Positions 27,701-36,846 of a stretch of 64,000 bases of DNA are shown in pieces. Below the pieces are notes generated by a model. The model did not search any database. It was not told the origin of the DNA and was given only the letters and a program-made list of their open reading frames with translations. Position 1 is the stretch's first letter. Each line of letters starts with the position of its first letter. The translations under genes and the position numbers were made by a program. The stretch is from a virus (Duplodnaviria > Heunggongvirae > Uroviricota > Caudoviricetes): IMG/VR virus record IMGVR_UViG_3300001765_000263, positions 1 to 64,000 of that record; one strand, given 5' to 3'.

Positions 27701-28905
27701 ATGATCTATCATTAATCAAGTCCCAAAGTAAGATTAATTGTCCACAACTAAGAATTCACGATAATATGAGGTATCAAGAATATTCATACATAATCAAGAG
27801 TGGATTGGACTCATCGACATATCGTAAAGAAATAGACGAGATGGTTCACCCCGCAGGGTATTCTATGTATGGAGATATTGAAGTTGTGTCTAGTGTGAAA
27901 GTCGGCAAACTAACAATTCATACAACAAAGAAATCTGGCGAACAAGACTTGACAAAACAGATATTATCGGTATCAACAGATAGTGTAACTTCTCGTACAA
28001 ACTACAACAATGAGTTCTGGAGACTTGATAATGATGAAATTCGTCGTTATACAGTCGATAATAATCTTGGATATGTTGACGTCACAGTTGCAGGGTTTGC
28101 ATCTCAATATAAAGGAATGCCATATACCATATTTGAACATGGTCGTGCAACAGTTCCAGCGTTTATTGGTGTTCTGGAACCACTTGAACAATCAACATAC
28201 ACAATTGTCAGTGATGTAATTACAGTAACATCACCACGTCATGGTTTATTATTTGGTGCAAGAGTTAAGTTTGAGCCAGAAACAGGAACTGCGTTACATG
28301 GCGACTATTATGTTGACAGCATCATTGATGGTCACACTTTCACAATTGTATCTGAAATATACCCAGAAAACGATGATACATCTGGAACTGCAACAATATA
28401 TGAATATAAATACACAGACTATAGCACTGACCGTATTCCGACATGGGAGGAAGACACATACTACAAAGTCAACGAATATGTTTCTTATTTTGATCCAGTT
28501 GATGGTATTGGAAAAATTTATGTTGCAACGGTAACAGAACATTTATCAAGTGTCACAAATTCGCCTATTGGTGTTAGTTCGGTATGGTATGAAGTTGATG
28601 GAATGGATGAACTATCACAAACTGTACGCAACGGAATTTTCAATTTTGAACAAGTTGATCTATGGGAGAATATTTATTTTAAAGCAGATGATATTAAATA
28701 TACAGTGACTGGATACAATATCACAGTTAACCATATTGATGCAGAATCTGTTGGATACTCACAAGTTGGAAAAGATGCATTACTAACATATCCTCGTCAC
28801 GTACTTGAAAACGATGAATATATATTAACTGGATACGATATCACAGTTAACCATATTAATGCAGAATCTGTTGTGTATAGTATTTCTGGAAATTCAATAG
28901 AGTAA
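21787..28905 (+). CDS. 7: giant baseplate wedge protein gp7 homologue (2372 aa), with a long array of roughly 20 repeated domains marked by a (I/L)xGGxGY signature
   Basis: KQFFRSKGSEDSFKFLFNVIYSEEVDLEWG matches the conserved gp7 motif FYSTKGIEASYKFLFKVLYNEEVEIE. Position is between gp6 and gp8. Recurrent LISGGTGY / LVSGGVGY / IISGGSGY / INGGSGY / LNGGTGY... motifs recur at about 60-90-aa spacing. Confidence 0.7.
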   Translation: MSNLKPNVRDVIGGQFPVFINNGTSNFVRFIELYYEWMETNGNPLEFIRYVLEEHDYDTAQDKFKRLIESGVLNNLAVQTDIDKSILVKNIKQFFRSKGSEDSFKFLFNVIYSEEVDLEWGRDLYLKSSDSAYRMDTILVVRQPTVDVTAILEFGSIKDVVINSSDYGFFEPPSINVIRNIDDDINHIIPIVDYDLTGHVIPEDVSEDPVEVKLISGGTGYMDATVVVHGDCVTPAVINATVEDGKVKKLSLVSGGVGYKELPTMTIESLTGSGAEGSLKWTAVLGNFDIIDGKSGWAAPPTITFLGGLGYVYTYDIEGNITSSRQSEPAQVFFNIDENGTVKDAYFTGTEGENYTSKPTIRWNIPINIDAVLTSSISSTKVTNCNVVIGGTNYITPPSIEFSYPIYDYSKLVGGRISTYGGSYATAIVDSVVGTTVNGIEYTILYLQKEGITGTFDKNSVLVADVAGEQLVAVNTPLFSKVDIISGGSGYRKGQIVNFDDEGVGGTVLIDDVSTGAVDEIIIANPGHGYKVGDKITSEDALGSGLVANVNTIDGIGFKGEVIVEIDEVRILDNGYDYAVNDIIYIYGGEKDVSNISDTTKFAKMKILAVGDSDDLRELTIANAGYGYRYSSLAIIETGNPIPLRQIRPDGSNYDENQNQPIASDPQNTLTVTYSPVGEIKQIYCELVEPDLGTKNITVVLNGTGASLTETVTAGEITNVVINTSGVNYVSPVVKVVSPTGSGATFDVEIDGFGSITNVSILHGGSGYAASGLTTLEVVEEYGVGALITPIFRQGGIDSLSFEMEHRGEFNEFNKYGKERQYTILGGSGTGLVLDLYYRPKYINVIDPGKYYSNYTLSVTEGHGSGCVAVAEIRSDVIKTIGMVAVGSGYSSDDVRVVIQSENGTGFIGTPEVVAGEITGITIIDGGYGYSETDQIDIIGENVTPASAEITDIIHGTLRNINLISGGSHYHHECQARVTSIQGVPTQEIVISPIIDNGVVKDFDITNRGEGYYNFADVINANWVDSGHITFGFDVKVNLIVGDRVVVNGCIPSGYNAEYTVLNVMYFDLLDGDLNIIGTGTNILVKQNLNPSAYVSGGKIIKQNIEVEIYYQEEYEDTDASHTFFGVGSYNDNTFIPDGTGTDFSTYSMLRGYCDRTGTTCVVTYTGSDLYADGESVHFVFDDPTFDTNLTQVYVISNLDTITKTFEITTDVSGTDTTWAKIVTLTDVLDDTTIWPTRGSGIINTMFQVVDFIDMWPQTINTPKDARYDLMHSVSGKIKTVDIVNGGYGYFDSSEKVPLTMLVNGNSVGTSASATAVMSGNVVDHIDVTDGGEFYTSVPTVTISGVGTGATASANLTGYIRTISVDDAGSNFYRKPDIIISEPDDIGGIQASAEAVVDFIEPNPLLRYVIRIEVLNGGTGYDEMNPPNVTISGNATAVAVVNNGVVVGINMTDRGNNYTAYPTVTIDPPISGTQATAVAWIPCELKTITVINSGTGYHKETPPVVSTNGGGGTNAVLTPHIDYTVGSVDVINGGSGYTLTPSIVFSDNNKGSGAILLPVLKDGSFIDVEVVDGGGNYTSADITVDGGHIEGTTATFQAFIENGAIKRVGVLNGGTGYYYGTSAIVIGDGNDAKIDIKVDSGINRYDVRVGGTGYIEATTSISIIDHPPDGITGGFGAEIIPVIVDGEIVDVKVIEKGQQYHNPEAIISHGSGSGAVLYVYADRKISDVTIVNRGLNYRVASIKITGDGVGANLKPNITKTSLDSAKVTYKGNRYSKYPVISVKDNSNYGAISSTTVSSGGYGYREFPSLAITTTSGTGAELLSFSKSIGKIKDLRFMDFALGNTNEPIVRFPATIIVSEEADFLPNEYVYVKTDGSIPDNIFDVPHARVRFLDKSKNMLYVDDMSEHYSFATENGNNIIMENYETSSTLIHEMSQQINEGDVFVGYTSQSEGSVLRFNRAYGYGMLEGIGRYDLSLIKSQSKINCPQLRIHDNMRYQEYSYIIKSGLDSSTYRKEIDEMVHPAGYSMYGDIEVVSSVKVGKLTIHTTKKSGEQDLTKQILSVSTDSVTSRTNYNNEFWRLDNDEIRRYTVDNNLGYVDVTVAGFASQYKGMPYTIFEHGRATVPAFIGVLEPLEQSTYTIVSDVITVTSPRHGLLFGARVKFEPETGTALHGDYYVDSIIDGHTFTIVSEIYPENDDTSGTATIYEYKYTDYSTDRIPTWEEDTYYKVNEYVSYFDPVDGIGKIYVATVTEHLSSVTNSPIGVSSVWYEVDGMDELSQTVRNGIFNFEQVDLWENIYFKADDIKYTVTGYNITVNHIDAESVGYSQVGKDALLTYPRHVLENDEYILTGYDITVNHINAESVVYSISGNSIE

Positions 28906-28951
28906 CAAAATTTTGACTAAATATATCATATTCTAATAAGGAAGAAAATGT

Positions 28952-30442
28952 ATGACTGCTATTATTACAAACAAATACAGAGTATTTAATGTTGAATCGT
29001 TTATCAGGGACTTAGAAATTCCTTCTGGAAGAACGTCACCCGATTCTTATCTATATCTGTTTATTGGAAATTCAAATTCATCGTGGAGTAACACACATAC
29101 AGGATCATCTGATATTGCTCCACCGGAACCAACAGATTCTGTAGATTCTGATAATTTCCTATGGGAGAATATGATTGCACTAAAAAGAATTTTGGTGTCA
29201 GAAGTTTCCCATGGAATCATTAATAGAAAGTGGTCAGCAGGGAAGTTTTATGATATTTACCGTGGCGATTATGGTGTCGGTTCGGTAAGTGGTGTTGATC
29301 TTATTACTGGTGCTCCAACATATCCAAAATCCCTTGAGTTAGCAAATTATTATGTTGTCACGTTAGACGGTAGGGTGTATATATGTTTAGACAATAATGG
29401 TGGGATACCATCTACGGAAAACCCTCAAGATGGTGGGTATGGTGTAGGGTACTCACCGTTTGTAACTGGCGACGGGTATAAATGGAAATATGTTACTTCA
29501 GTATCATCAGCAGACTATTCAAGATTTTCTACAATCGGGTTTCATCCAGTCAAAAAAATAACAACGCAACCAATGTCTGGTGACTCATACGAACACCAAT
29601 ATTATGCTCAAGAAAATGCAATTGCAGATGCAGGTGCAATTCATACCATCCTTATAACGAATGCTGGAAATAACACTCAAGGGCATACCGGCACTATTGG
29701 CAGTACTGGTGATCAGACGATGTTTAATATATATGGAGATGGAGAAGGATTGCAGATATCTGCTCAATTCAGTGGGGTCTCTCCTTATACACTTCAAAAA
29801 ATTAATGTGCTTACTTCTGGAAGAGGATACACATATTGTTATATAACAATTGATGGTGTAGACAACACGGTATTTGAACCAATTTTTACTCCAATGACTG
29901 GTCTTGGTGCTGACCCACGATATGACTTGAATGCGAACTATTTATTAGTCAACACCAAACTCGAAGGAAACGAATATGCAAGTTTCATGGTTGGCAATAG
30001 TTATAGACAAATTGGGTTAGTTGTTAATCCAAGAAATTATAACAATAGTGTCGCAAATAAAGACACATTGAATGCATGTTATACATTAGGTTTAACTGGT
30101 ACTGGATTGAACTTTACCCAAAATAGTCAGATAACAAATATCAATCCTCTCAAGGGAACGACTGCTAGAGTGGTTAAATGGGATGGAAACACGAATGCAC
30201 TTACTATAAATTTGGCAAGACCATACGACGAGATTAACTATGCACAATTTGATGGGTTCGCTATTGGGGATCATATTAGTGAGCTTGATGGAGCACCATC
30301 TGCCACAGACGTACCAATTGCATCAGTAACCAATCCAGAAATTAAAAAACACTCTGGTAGAATTATCTATTATGAAAATAGAATACCTATTATACGAACA
30401 GATTTGCAGGTTGAAGATATCCACTTAGTTCTTGAATATTGA
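28952..30442 (+). CDS. 8: baseplate wedge protein gp8
   Basis: YLFIGNSNSSWSN...IAPPEPTDSV matches T4 gp8 FITFGRSEPWSSNENEVGFAPPYPTDSV. The C-terminus KHSGRIIYYENRIPIIRTDLQVEDIHLVLEY matches RHSGEMIYMENRPPIIMAMDQTEEINILFTF. AAGGAAG RBS. Confidence 0.85.
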   Translation: MTAIITNKYRVFNVESFIRDLEIPSGRTSPDSYLYLFIGNSNSSWSNTHTGSSDIAPPEPTDSVDSDNFLWENMIALKRILVSEVSHGIINRKWSAGKFYDIYRGDYGVGSVSGVDLITGAPTYPKSLELANYYVVTLDGRVYICLDNNGGIPSTENPQDGGYGVGYSPFVTGDGYKWKYVTSVSSADYSRFSTIGFHPVKKITTQPMSGDSYEHQYYAQENAIADAGAIHTILITNAGNNTQGHTGTIGSTGDQTMFNIYGDGEGLQISAQFSGVSPYTLQKINVLTSGRGYTYCYITIDGVDNTVFEPIFTPMTGLGADPRYDLNANYLLVNTKLEGNEYASFMVGNSYRQIGLVVNPRNYNNSVANKDTLNACYTLGLTGTGLNFTQNSQITNINPLKGTTARVVKWDGNTNALTINLARPYDEINYAQFDGFAIGDHISELDGAPSATDVPIASVTNPEIKKHSGRIIYYENRIPIIRTDLQVEDIHLVLEY

Positions 30443-30455
30443 AAAGGAAAAATAC

Positions 30456-33400
30456 ATGACAGTCAATTTAAACGTTGCACCATATTATGATGATTTCGAT
30501 CCATCTAAAAACTACCACAAAATTCTATTTGTTCCTGGAAGACCTATTCAAGCAAGAGAATTAACACAGATTCAATCGATTCTTCAACATCAAATAAAAC
30601 TCAATGGCGATTACATTTTCAAAAATGGGGCAATGGTTATCCCAGGTGGTGTGTCATATTTGAACAAAGTTCAATATATCAAATTGGAATCGCTATTCAA
30701 CGGTGTTGTCACAGATGACATCATCGCAAATATCTCTGGAAAGAAAATAGTTGGAGAATCGACAAACGTTAAAGCGACAGTTGTACATGTTGAACCATCA
30801 ACAAATACAGACACTCCAACAATTTATATTGCATACACATCTGGTGGCATTGTTGGTAGCACTTCATATAAAGAATTCACAATCAACGAAGTCCTTCACC
30901 TAGAAACAGATACAGATATTAAATTTCAAATTAAAAATCATTCAACATATACAGGGTTTGGGACACTAGCATCTATTCGAGAAGGCGTATATTATATCAA
31001 CGGGTTTTTCGTTCAGAACTTAGCGCAAACAATATCATTAGACAAATATGGCACAACTCCATCATATAAGGTCGGACTTGACGTTGTTGAAAATATTGTT
31101 ACTGCCACTGATGATGCTTCTATACGAGACAATGCGGTAGATTCTCCTAGTTATGGTGCTGCTGGTGCGGATAGATTACAAATTATTCTAACCATGAACA
31201 AGACACCATTGTTTGCAACTGAAGAGAATGTGAACAATACAACTGACAGTTTTATTGACTTGCTTCATGTTAAAGATGGGTATGAGCAATTCAAAATAGA
31301 TAAGACAGAGTTAGGAGAATTTGAAAAAACTCTTGCTCGTAGAACTTTTGATGAATCTGGTGACTATGTGGTTGAACCATTCGACATAAAAATCCATGAA
31401 TATAGAAATAATTTCAGGGGAGAATGGACTGTGAATACAGTATATTTGGAAGGCGACATTGTTACTACCAACACAAGTGATAATGATTATGCACCAACAG
31501 ACACATCATATTTTGTTGCAGAAAATTCTGGTGTCTCTGGGACAGCAGGAATAATTTTTAATTCTACAAGTGTTGAACAATATAATGATGGTGGATATAT
31601 TGTTTGGAATTATGAGAGAAAGCCAAAATTTAATGACGGACTATTTCAACCACAATTAACAGAATCTCTTGATACACAAATTGAAAACTCATTAAAAGCA
31701 GCATACAAAATTGCTGGCGGGAAAGCATATATCAAAGGGTATGAAATATCCAACCCAGGATATAAGATAGTTGATTTTAATAAAGCTAGAGCATATAAGA
31801 ACGTTCCCAATAGCAATGTGAATACTACCATGGGGCAGTATTTCTTAATACACAATCTACAGGGGTTATCATACTCACAATATCAACAGTTAGACTTGTT
31901 TGATAGTCTTGGCGTTCAAATTGGAACATGTATTTATAAAAATTTAGACTTTCACAGATTGGGAGTTGGTGGTCCAGAAACAAATCAATACAAATTGTTT
32001 GTTTTCGATATTCAGATGATTGAAGGTAACTACATTGAACAAATTAAGACTATTGCCGGTTCTGGATTTACTTGTTATGTGTATGGCGAAAGGAAAAAAG
32101 GGACTGGATCAGTTTCATTTGACGGGACGGATATATTTACTGGTACAGGAACGTTATTCACTACAGAGTTAAATGCCGGTGATATTATATACGTCGATGA
32201 TTCAAGATTTGTTGTTGCTAGTGTTTCATCTTCGATAGAATTGATTGTTGATGACACACAACTTCCAGATACATTGCCAACAGGGTACTATCCATTCTAT
32301 ACAGATAAAACCGCAGTTTATGGAACCCCTGGGTATATTAAAAAGCTCAACCACAATTCAGTTCGTTCTGTAAGAGGCAGTGATGATATTACTGTTGAGA
32401 CCACCTATTACGTAAATAGACTGTTTATAGAAAATTCAAACACAAACGTAATAACAATTACATTAACTAATCCAAATGAATCATTTGCGTCAGATCAGTT
32501 AGAAGGAAACTTCCTTGCAACACAAGGTTCTAATTTCCCTGTGTTGGGAGTGTCTGATGGCATTTTCACGGTTTCTGGTCCAACACTTAATATTCTTACT
32601 GTCACTGGATTTGATAATTTCTCAGGTATATACATCCAAACAACAATCAAAAAAGTCAATAGTGCAGCAAAAGAAAAACAATATTTGAAAGATTCGGATA
32701 TTAAATATGTCAACACACTAAGTCAGGCAAACGCTGACGAAATTCCATTAAATGGTGTAGCACTAAAATTAAGTGGAGTGTATCAAGCAGCAGATTTCAT
32801 ATTCGACTTTTCCCTTCCTGATGCAATTGTTGATCCTGGGCATATTGGATATTATACAATTGATGTGACAAAAAATTATGTGATAGGATCAAACGATACA
32901 CAAAACTATACCACTGCATCATATTTAAAACCAGTCAATGGATTTATACCATCCGGTCCAATCCTTATTGTATATGAAATTCTTCAACCACAAACAAATG
33001 GTGACTACTTCTCTATAAATTCATATAACGATGTGCCATACGCAGATATGCCAACATATAACGGCACAAGTATTGGTGACTATATTGATTTTAGACCAGT
33101 AAAAGAATATGACCCAAATCCTCTTTTTGTATCACAATCAGAAGCAATTTCATCGAGATATCCGTTTACATTAGACTATTCTGCATATCTTCCTCGATAC
33201 GACATTGTTCAATTGGATCCCTCTGGAAATTTCAGAATCGAAGAAGGTATTCCAAGTGACAAACCAGTAGCACCAATTCAAAATGACAATAACGTAATCA
33301 TTTCATATGCCAAATTGTCTCCATACACAATAAAGGCAGATACGAATAACATCATATTAAAAATGAATGACCTTCGTAGATACACCATGCGTGATATTGG

Positions 33401-36400
33401 TAAGATAGACAATCGTCTTAAAAACGCGGAGTATTATGTTGCTCTTACATCATTAGAAAGAGAGACAAGCGAACTTCAAATCAAAGATGAAAACGGTTTG
33501 GATAGATATAAAAATGGTTTCATCATTGATCAGTTTAAGGATCATGGTATCGGCAATATTTCAAACGTTGACTATAAATGTGCAGTTAGCCCAAAAGAAT
33601 TAGAGTGTCGTCCAACATATTACGCAGATAGCATAAAATTATTTGAAAACCTAGCAACTTCTAGAGCATCTAAACGTTATCAAATTACTGGTGATTTAGT
33701 TACTCTTCCATACACAGAAGTTCCAGTGATTGAACAAAAAATTGCTACAAGTGCAGAATATATTACTGCATATGCAAAGATAAGATCAATGACAGGAGAT
33801 TTAAAGTTATATCCTGCAGGTGACACATGGGTCGATACTGAAACCTTGCCAGAAGTTACACAACAAAGTGAAGGAAATTTCAACGCACTTCAAATACTTG
33901 CTCAATCGACCGGCATTTTGGGGGTAGTGTATGGAGGGTGGAAAGTAGACTCTCGCACCAACATAAGTTCTAACGTTAGTGTTGGTCAATCATCATCAAC
34001 AGTAAATAATGCCTTTGGTGGGTCTGCAACAACAGTTGTAACCACTACAACACTAAATGGTACAGATTCTGTTGATTTATCAAGAGAGGGGGTTGATACT
34101 CAAATTGCAGAGAGATATGACGAGGTTGGTCGTGTTACCGGTATTGTTGACCAATCATGGTCTCCTGCAATGCGCGAGAAAGCAATTGTGCTCTATTGCA
34201 AGAAGATGATGCCACTTACACCATTTGATGCATATATTGATAATATGCTTTTGACAAAATATATTGTTCCTGCATCAACAATATATTATACCTCAAAAGT
34301 AGGAAATTTCCTAGATTATTCAACATCAGATATTGATCATACTGACTTAGTGTCTCGTCAATATGGTGTGAATGAATATGACATTCTAGAACGTGGTGAG
34401 GTCATTGTTGGGCAAACATCAAACGCAACTGCAATTACAATATGTGAAGAAAGACAAAACACTAATGGTGTTGTTGAAGATGTTCTTAGGGTAGTCAATA
34501 TTAAAGGAACCTTTGTATTAGGCGAAACCATTACAGGTCAATCGTCTGGTGCGACTCTTAAATATGATGGAGTGAATACAGACTTAGTTATAAGAACGAC
34601 AAGTTCTGGTTCATTTTATGGTATTTTCATGTTGCCAAACAACGACGAACATTTGATTTACTCTGGTATTGTTACAGTGTCATTACGTAATAATCCAGAA
34701 ATGAAAGAGTCGAGCACGAGTGCTGAAGCAGCATACGATGGACATGGACTAGTACAACAAAAGCAAACTACTGTCATGTCAGTTCGTAATGCAGTATTAA
34801 TTCAAACTGATATACATGAAGAAAAAACGGAAATACAAAATTGGAGCAGACCAATATCATCAACATCGTCAACCTCTTTGTCTGGACCGCAATCTGCACC
34901 ACCCCCACCACAAAACTGTCGAGCACAAAACTGTGGTGGAGGTGGAGGTGGAGGTTTTGGAGGTGGGGGGAGAAGTTTAAATTGTAACTGTTCTGGACTG
35001 ACTGACCCATTGGCACAGACATTTATGCACAATGATCGTGGTGGTATCTTTATCACGTCAATGGATATATTCGTTCATACTTTAGATACAGAATCTTCTG
35101 CTGGAATTATTTTGCAGATACAAGAAGTGGTTAATGGATATCCAGGTCAAACAGTTGTTCCATTCAGCACTGTTACAAAACTAAATCATGAAATAAACGC
35201 ATCTTCGACAACGTTAGTGCCAACAAATTTCAAATTTGAGTCACCAGTATTCTTGAAAGAAAACACAGACTATTGCTACATTTTATCTACTGATCAATCA
35301 AATACAAAAGTATGGGTTGCTAAGATGGGTGAAGTTGGTTTGGATGGTCAAGTAGTTGTCAAACAACCAAATATGGGGTCGTTCTTCAGATCACAAAACG
35401 CATTAACATGGACATCTGATCAAATGGTTGATGTTTCGTTTGTGTTATACAAGGCAAAATTTGATATTAATGGTACTGGAACGTTCTCAATGAAGAGTTC
35501 AATTACAGATAAACTCTTAGTTGCATCAAACCCATTCAAGTTTACTGACGGAGAAAAATTAGTTAGGGTGTACCATAGGAACCATGGAATGGTGAATGGA
35601 AGTTCTGTAACATATAGTGGAGTTGATATTACTGGTTCGTCATATCCAACAAAAGCAGTTATGAATTCATCATTTATTATTTCTAATGCTGAACTTGATA
35701 CATACACAATTACGTTGCCATCTGCTGCAGAAAAATCTGGTTTGTTTGGTGGTGGTTCTGTCAAATCTACAGTGTGTAAGAGGTTTGACACTGCGTATTT
35801 AAACGGATCCGATTTTGTTTTGCCAAGTACGCACATTGATTATTCTATTAGAACAAGTATTGAAGGAACTAATAGAGTGTATAGATCACCAACATCTAGT
35901 ATTATTCAAATCAAACAAGATTTACATTATGATGTCCCTCAATTTGCATTGTCTCCAGAGAATGAAAGACTGTTCTTAAATGGTGATGCATCATTGAATG
36001 TTGAGGCATTCTTGTATAGTAACAACGAAAATGTATCACCAGTTATAGATTTCCCAACATTTGCTTTATTTGCTATAAGTAATAAGATCAACAATCCTAC
36101 TGAAGATTTGAATTTGGAAATTGACAGTCAGGGAATCATTAACTTAGCACAACCAGATGTTGGTGGTGTGGTTGAAGTTACACTTCACAGCATAATAATA
36201 TCTGGAGCATTTGTTCCTTCTCTAGTAAATCGTTTGGATATGTTTAGAGTTGGGAAGTATATTTCTATTCAATCAGAAGAGGCAGCACCAGTACCACCAA
36301 GAAAGATTGTGAAACTAGACAAACAGTATTCATCAAATTATTTTGAAGTGTTTGTTGATCCATTAGATACATTACAATTTAATGCGAACACTGGTCTTGT

Positions 36401-36839
36401 AGATCCAGTAACGATTTTCCAATACAATCATTATACTGATGTCATTTCACCAAATGCGACAAGCAACCTTGCAAATTATGTAACTCGCATTGTTACTTTG
36501 AGCAAACCATCGACTGGCATTAGAATATTGTTTGACTATAACAAACCATCAGAGTCTTTCATTGACATCTACTACAAGGTATGTATGTCTGCTGATTACA
36601 CCGATTTAGAAAAAGTGAACTGGATAAATCTGGAAGAAAACTCATCACCAAAGGTTGAGTATAAAGATAGTCAAAACTACAACACCTTCATTGAACATGA
36701 GATAAATATATCTGACATATCTGAAATAACAGACGCATATTCTGAATATGATCAAATAATGGTGAAGGTTGTAATGAGATCTAACAATACTGCTAGATGT
36801 CCAAGAATCAAGAATTTCAGATTGATTGCACTTGCATGA
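30456..36839 (+). CDS. giant modular fibre/baseplate-appendage protein (about 2127 aa). Modules: N-terminal anchor (APYYDDFD...), shared module B, a Cys/Gly-rich linker, then the DPLAQTF C-terminal module.
   Basis: Probable ATG at 30456 with AAAGGA upstream (the track's 30432 start is a TTG). The first approximately 450 aa are paralogous to the 36847 gene. aa about 870-1130 and about 1500-2127 are paralogous to the 40599 gene. Confidence 0.6.
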   Translation: MTVNLNVAPYYDDFDPSKNYHKILFVPGRPIQARELTQIQSILQHQIKLNGDYIFKNGAMVIPGGVSYLNKVQYIKLESLFNGVVTDDIIANISGKKIVGESTNVKATVVHVEPSTNTDTPTIYIAYTSGGIVGSTSYKEFTINEVLHLETDTDIKFQIKNHSTYTGFGTLASIREGVYYINGFFVQNLAQTISLDKYGTTPSYKVGLDVVENIVTATDDASIRDNAVDSPSYGAAGADRLQIILTMNKTPLFATEENVNNTTDSFIDLLHVKDGYEQFKIDKTELGEFEKTLARRTFDESGDYVVEPFDIKIHEYRNNFRGEWTVNTVYLEGDIVTTNTSDNDYAPTDTSYFVAENSGVSGTAGIIFNSTSVEQYNDGGYIVWNYERKPKFNDGLFQPQLTESLDTQIENSLKAAYKIAGGKAYIKGYEISNPGYKIVDFNKARAYKNVPNSNVNTTMGQYFLIHNLQGLSYSQYQQLDLFDSLGVQIGTCIYKNLDFHRLGVGGPETNQYKLFVFDIQMIEGNYIEQIKTIAGSGFTCYVYGERKKGTGSVSFDGTDIFTGTGTLFTTELNAGDIIYVDDSRFVVASVSSSIELIVDDTQLPDTLPTGYYPFYTDKTAVYGTPGYIKKLNHNSVRSVRGSDDITVETTYYVNRLFIENSNTNVITITLTNPNESFASDQLEGNFLATQGSNFPVLGVSDGIFTVSGPTLNILTVTGFDNFSGIYIQTTIKKVNSAAKEKQYLKDSDIKYVNTLSQANADEIPLNGVALKLSGVYQAADFIFDFSLPDAIVDPGHIGYYTIDVTKNYVIGSNDTQNYTTASYLKPVNGFIPSGPILIVYEILQPQTNGDYFSINSYNDVPYADMPTYNGTSIGDYIDFRPVKEYDPNPLFVSQSEAISSRYPFTLDYSAYLPRYDIVQLDPSGNFRIEEGIPSDKPVAPIQNDNNVIISYAKLSPYTIKADTNNIILKMNDLRRYTMRDIGKIDNRLKNAEYYVALTSLERETSELQIKDENGLDRYKNGFIIDQFKDHGIGNISNVDYKCAVSPKELECRPTYYADSIKLFENLATSRASKRYQITGDLVTLPYTEVPVIEQKIATSAEYITAYAKIRSMTGDLKLYPAGDTWVDTETLPEVTQQSEGNFNALQILAQSTGILGVVYGGWKVDSRTNISSNVSVGQSSSTVNNAFGGSATTVVTTTTLNGTDSVDLSREGVDTQIAERYDEVGRVTGIVDQSWSPAMREKAIVLYCKKMMPLTPFDAYIDNMLLTKYIVPASTIYYTSKVGNFLDYSTSDIDHTDLVSRQYGVNEYDILERGEVIVGQTSNATAITICEERQNTNGVVEDVLRVVNIKGTFVLGETITGQSSGATLKYDGVNTDLVIRTTSSGSFYGIFMLPNNDEHLIYSGIVTVSLRNNPEMKESSTSAEAAYDGHGLVQQKQTTVMSVRNAVLIQTDIHEEKTEIQNWSRPISSTSSTSLSGPQSAPPPPQNCRAQNCGGGGGGGFGGGGRSLNCNCSGLTDPLAQTFMHNDRGGIFITSMDIFVHTLDTESSAGIILQIQEVVNGYPGQTVVPFSTVTKLNHEINASSTTLVPTNFKFESPVFLKENTDYCYILSTDQSNTKVWVAKMGEVGLDGQVVVKQPNMGSFFRSQNALTWTSDQMVDVSFVLYKAKFDINGTGTFSMKSSITDKLLVASNPFKFTDGEKLVRVYHRNHGMVNGSSVTYSGVDITGSSYPTKAVMNSSFIISNAELDTYTITLPSAAEKSGLFGGGSVKSTVCKRFDTAYLNGSDFVLPSTHIDYSIRTSIEGTNRVYRSPTSSIIQIKQDLHYDVPQFALSPENERLFLNGDASLNVEAFLYSNNENVSPVIDFPTFALFAISNKINNPTEDLNLEIDSQGIINLAQPDVGGVVEVTLHSIIISGAFVPSLVNRLDMFRVGKYISIQSEEAAPVPPRKIVKLDKQYSSNYFEVFVDPLDTLQFNANTGLVDPVTIFQYNHYTDVISPNATSNLANYVTRIVTLSKPSTGIRILFDYNKPSESFIDIYYKVCMSADYTDLEKVNWINLEENSSPKVEYKDSQNYNTFIEHEINISDISEITDAYSEYDQIMVKVVMRSNNTARCPRIKNFRLIALA

Positions 36840-36846
36840 GGTAACT

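Noticed and set aside
34802-35056. Minus-strand 84-aa ORF encoding a poly-Pro / poly-Gly peptide
   Set aside because: It is the reverse complement of the (ggtgga)n / CCCCCACCA linker of the 2127-aa gene. It is not an independent gene.
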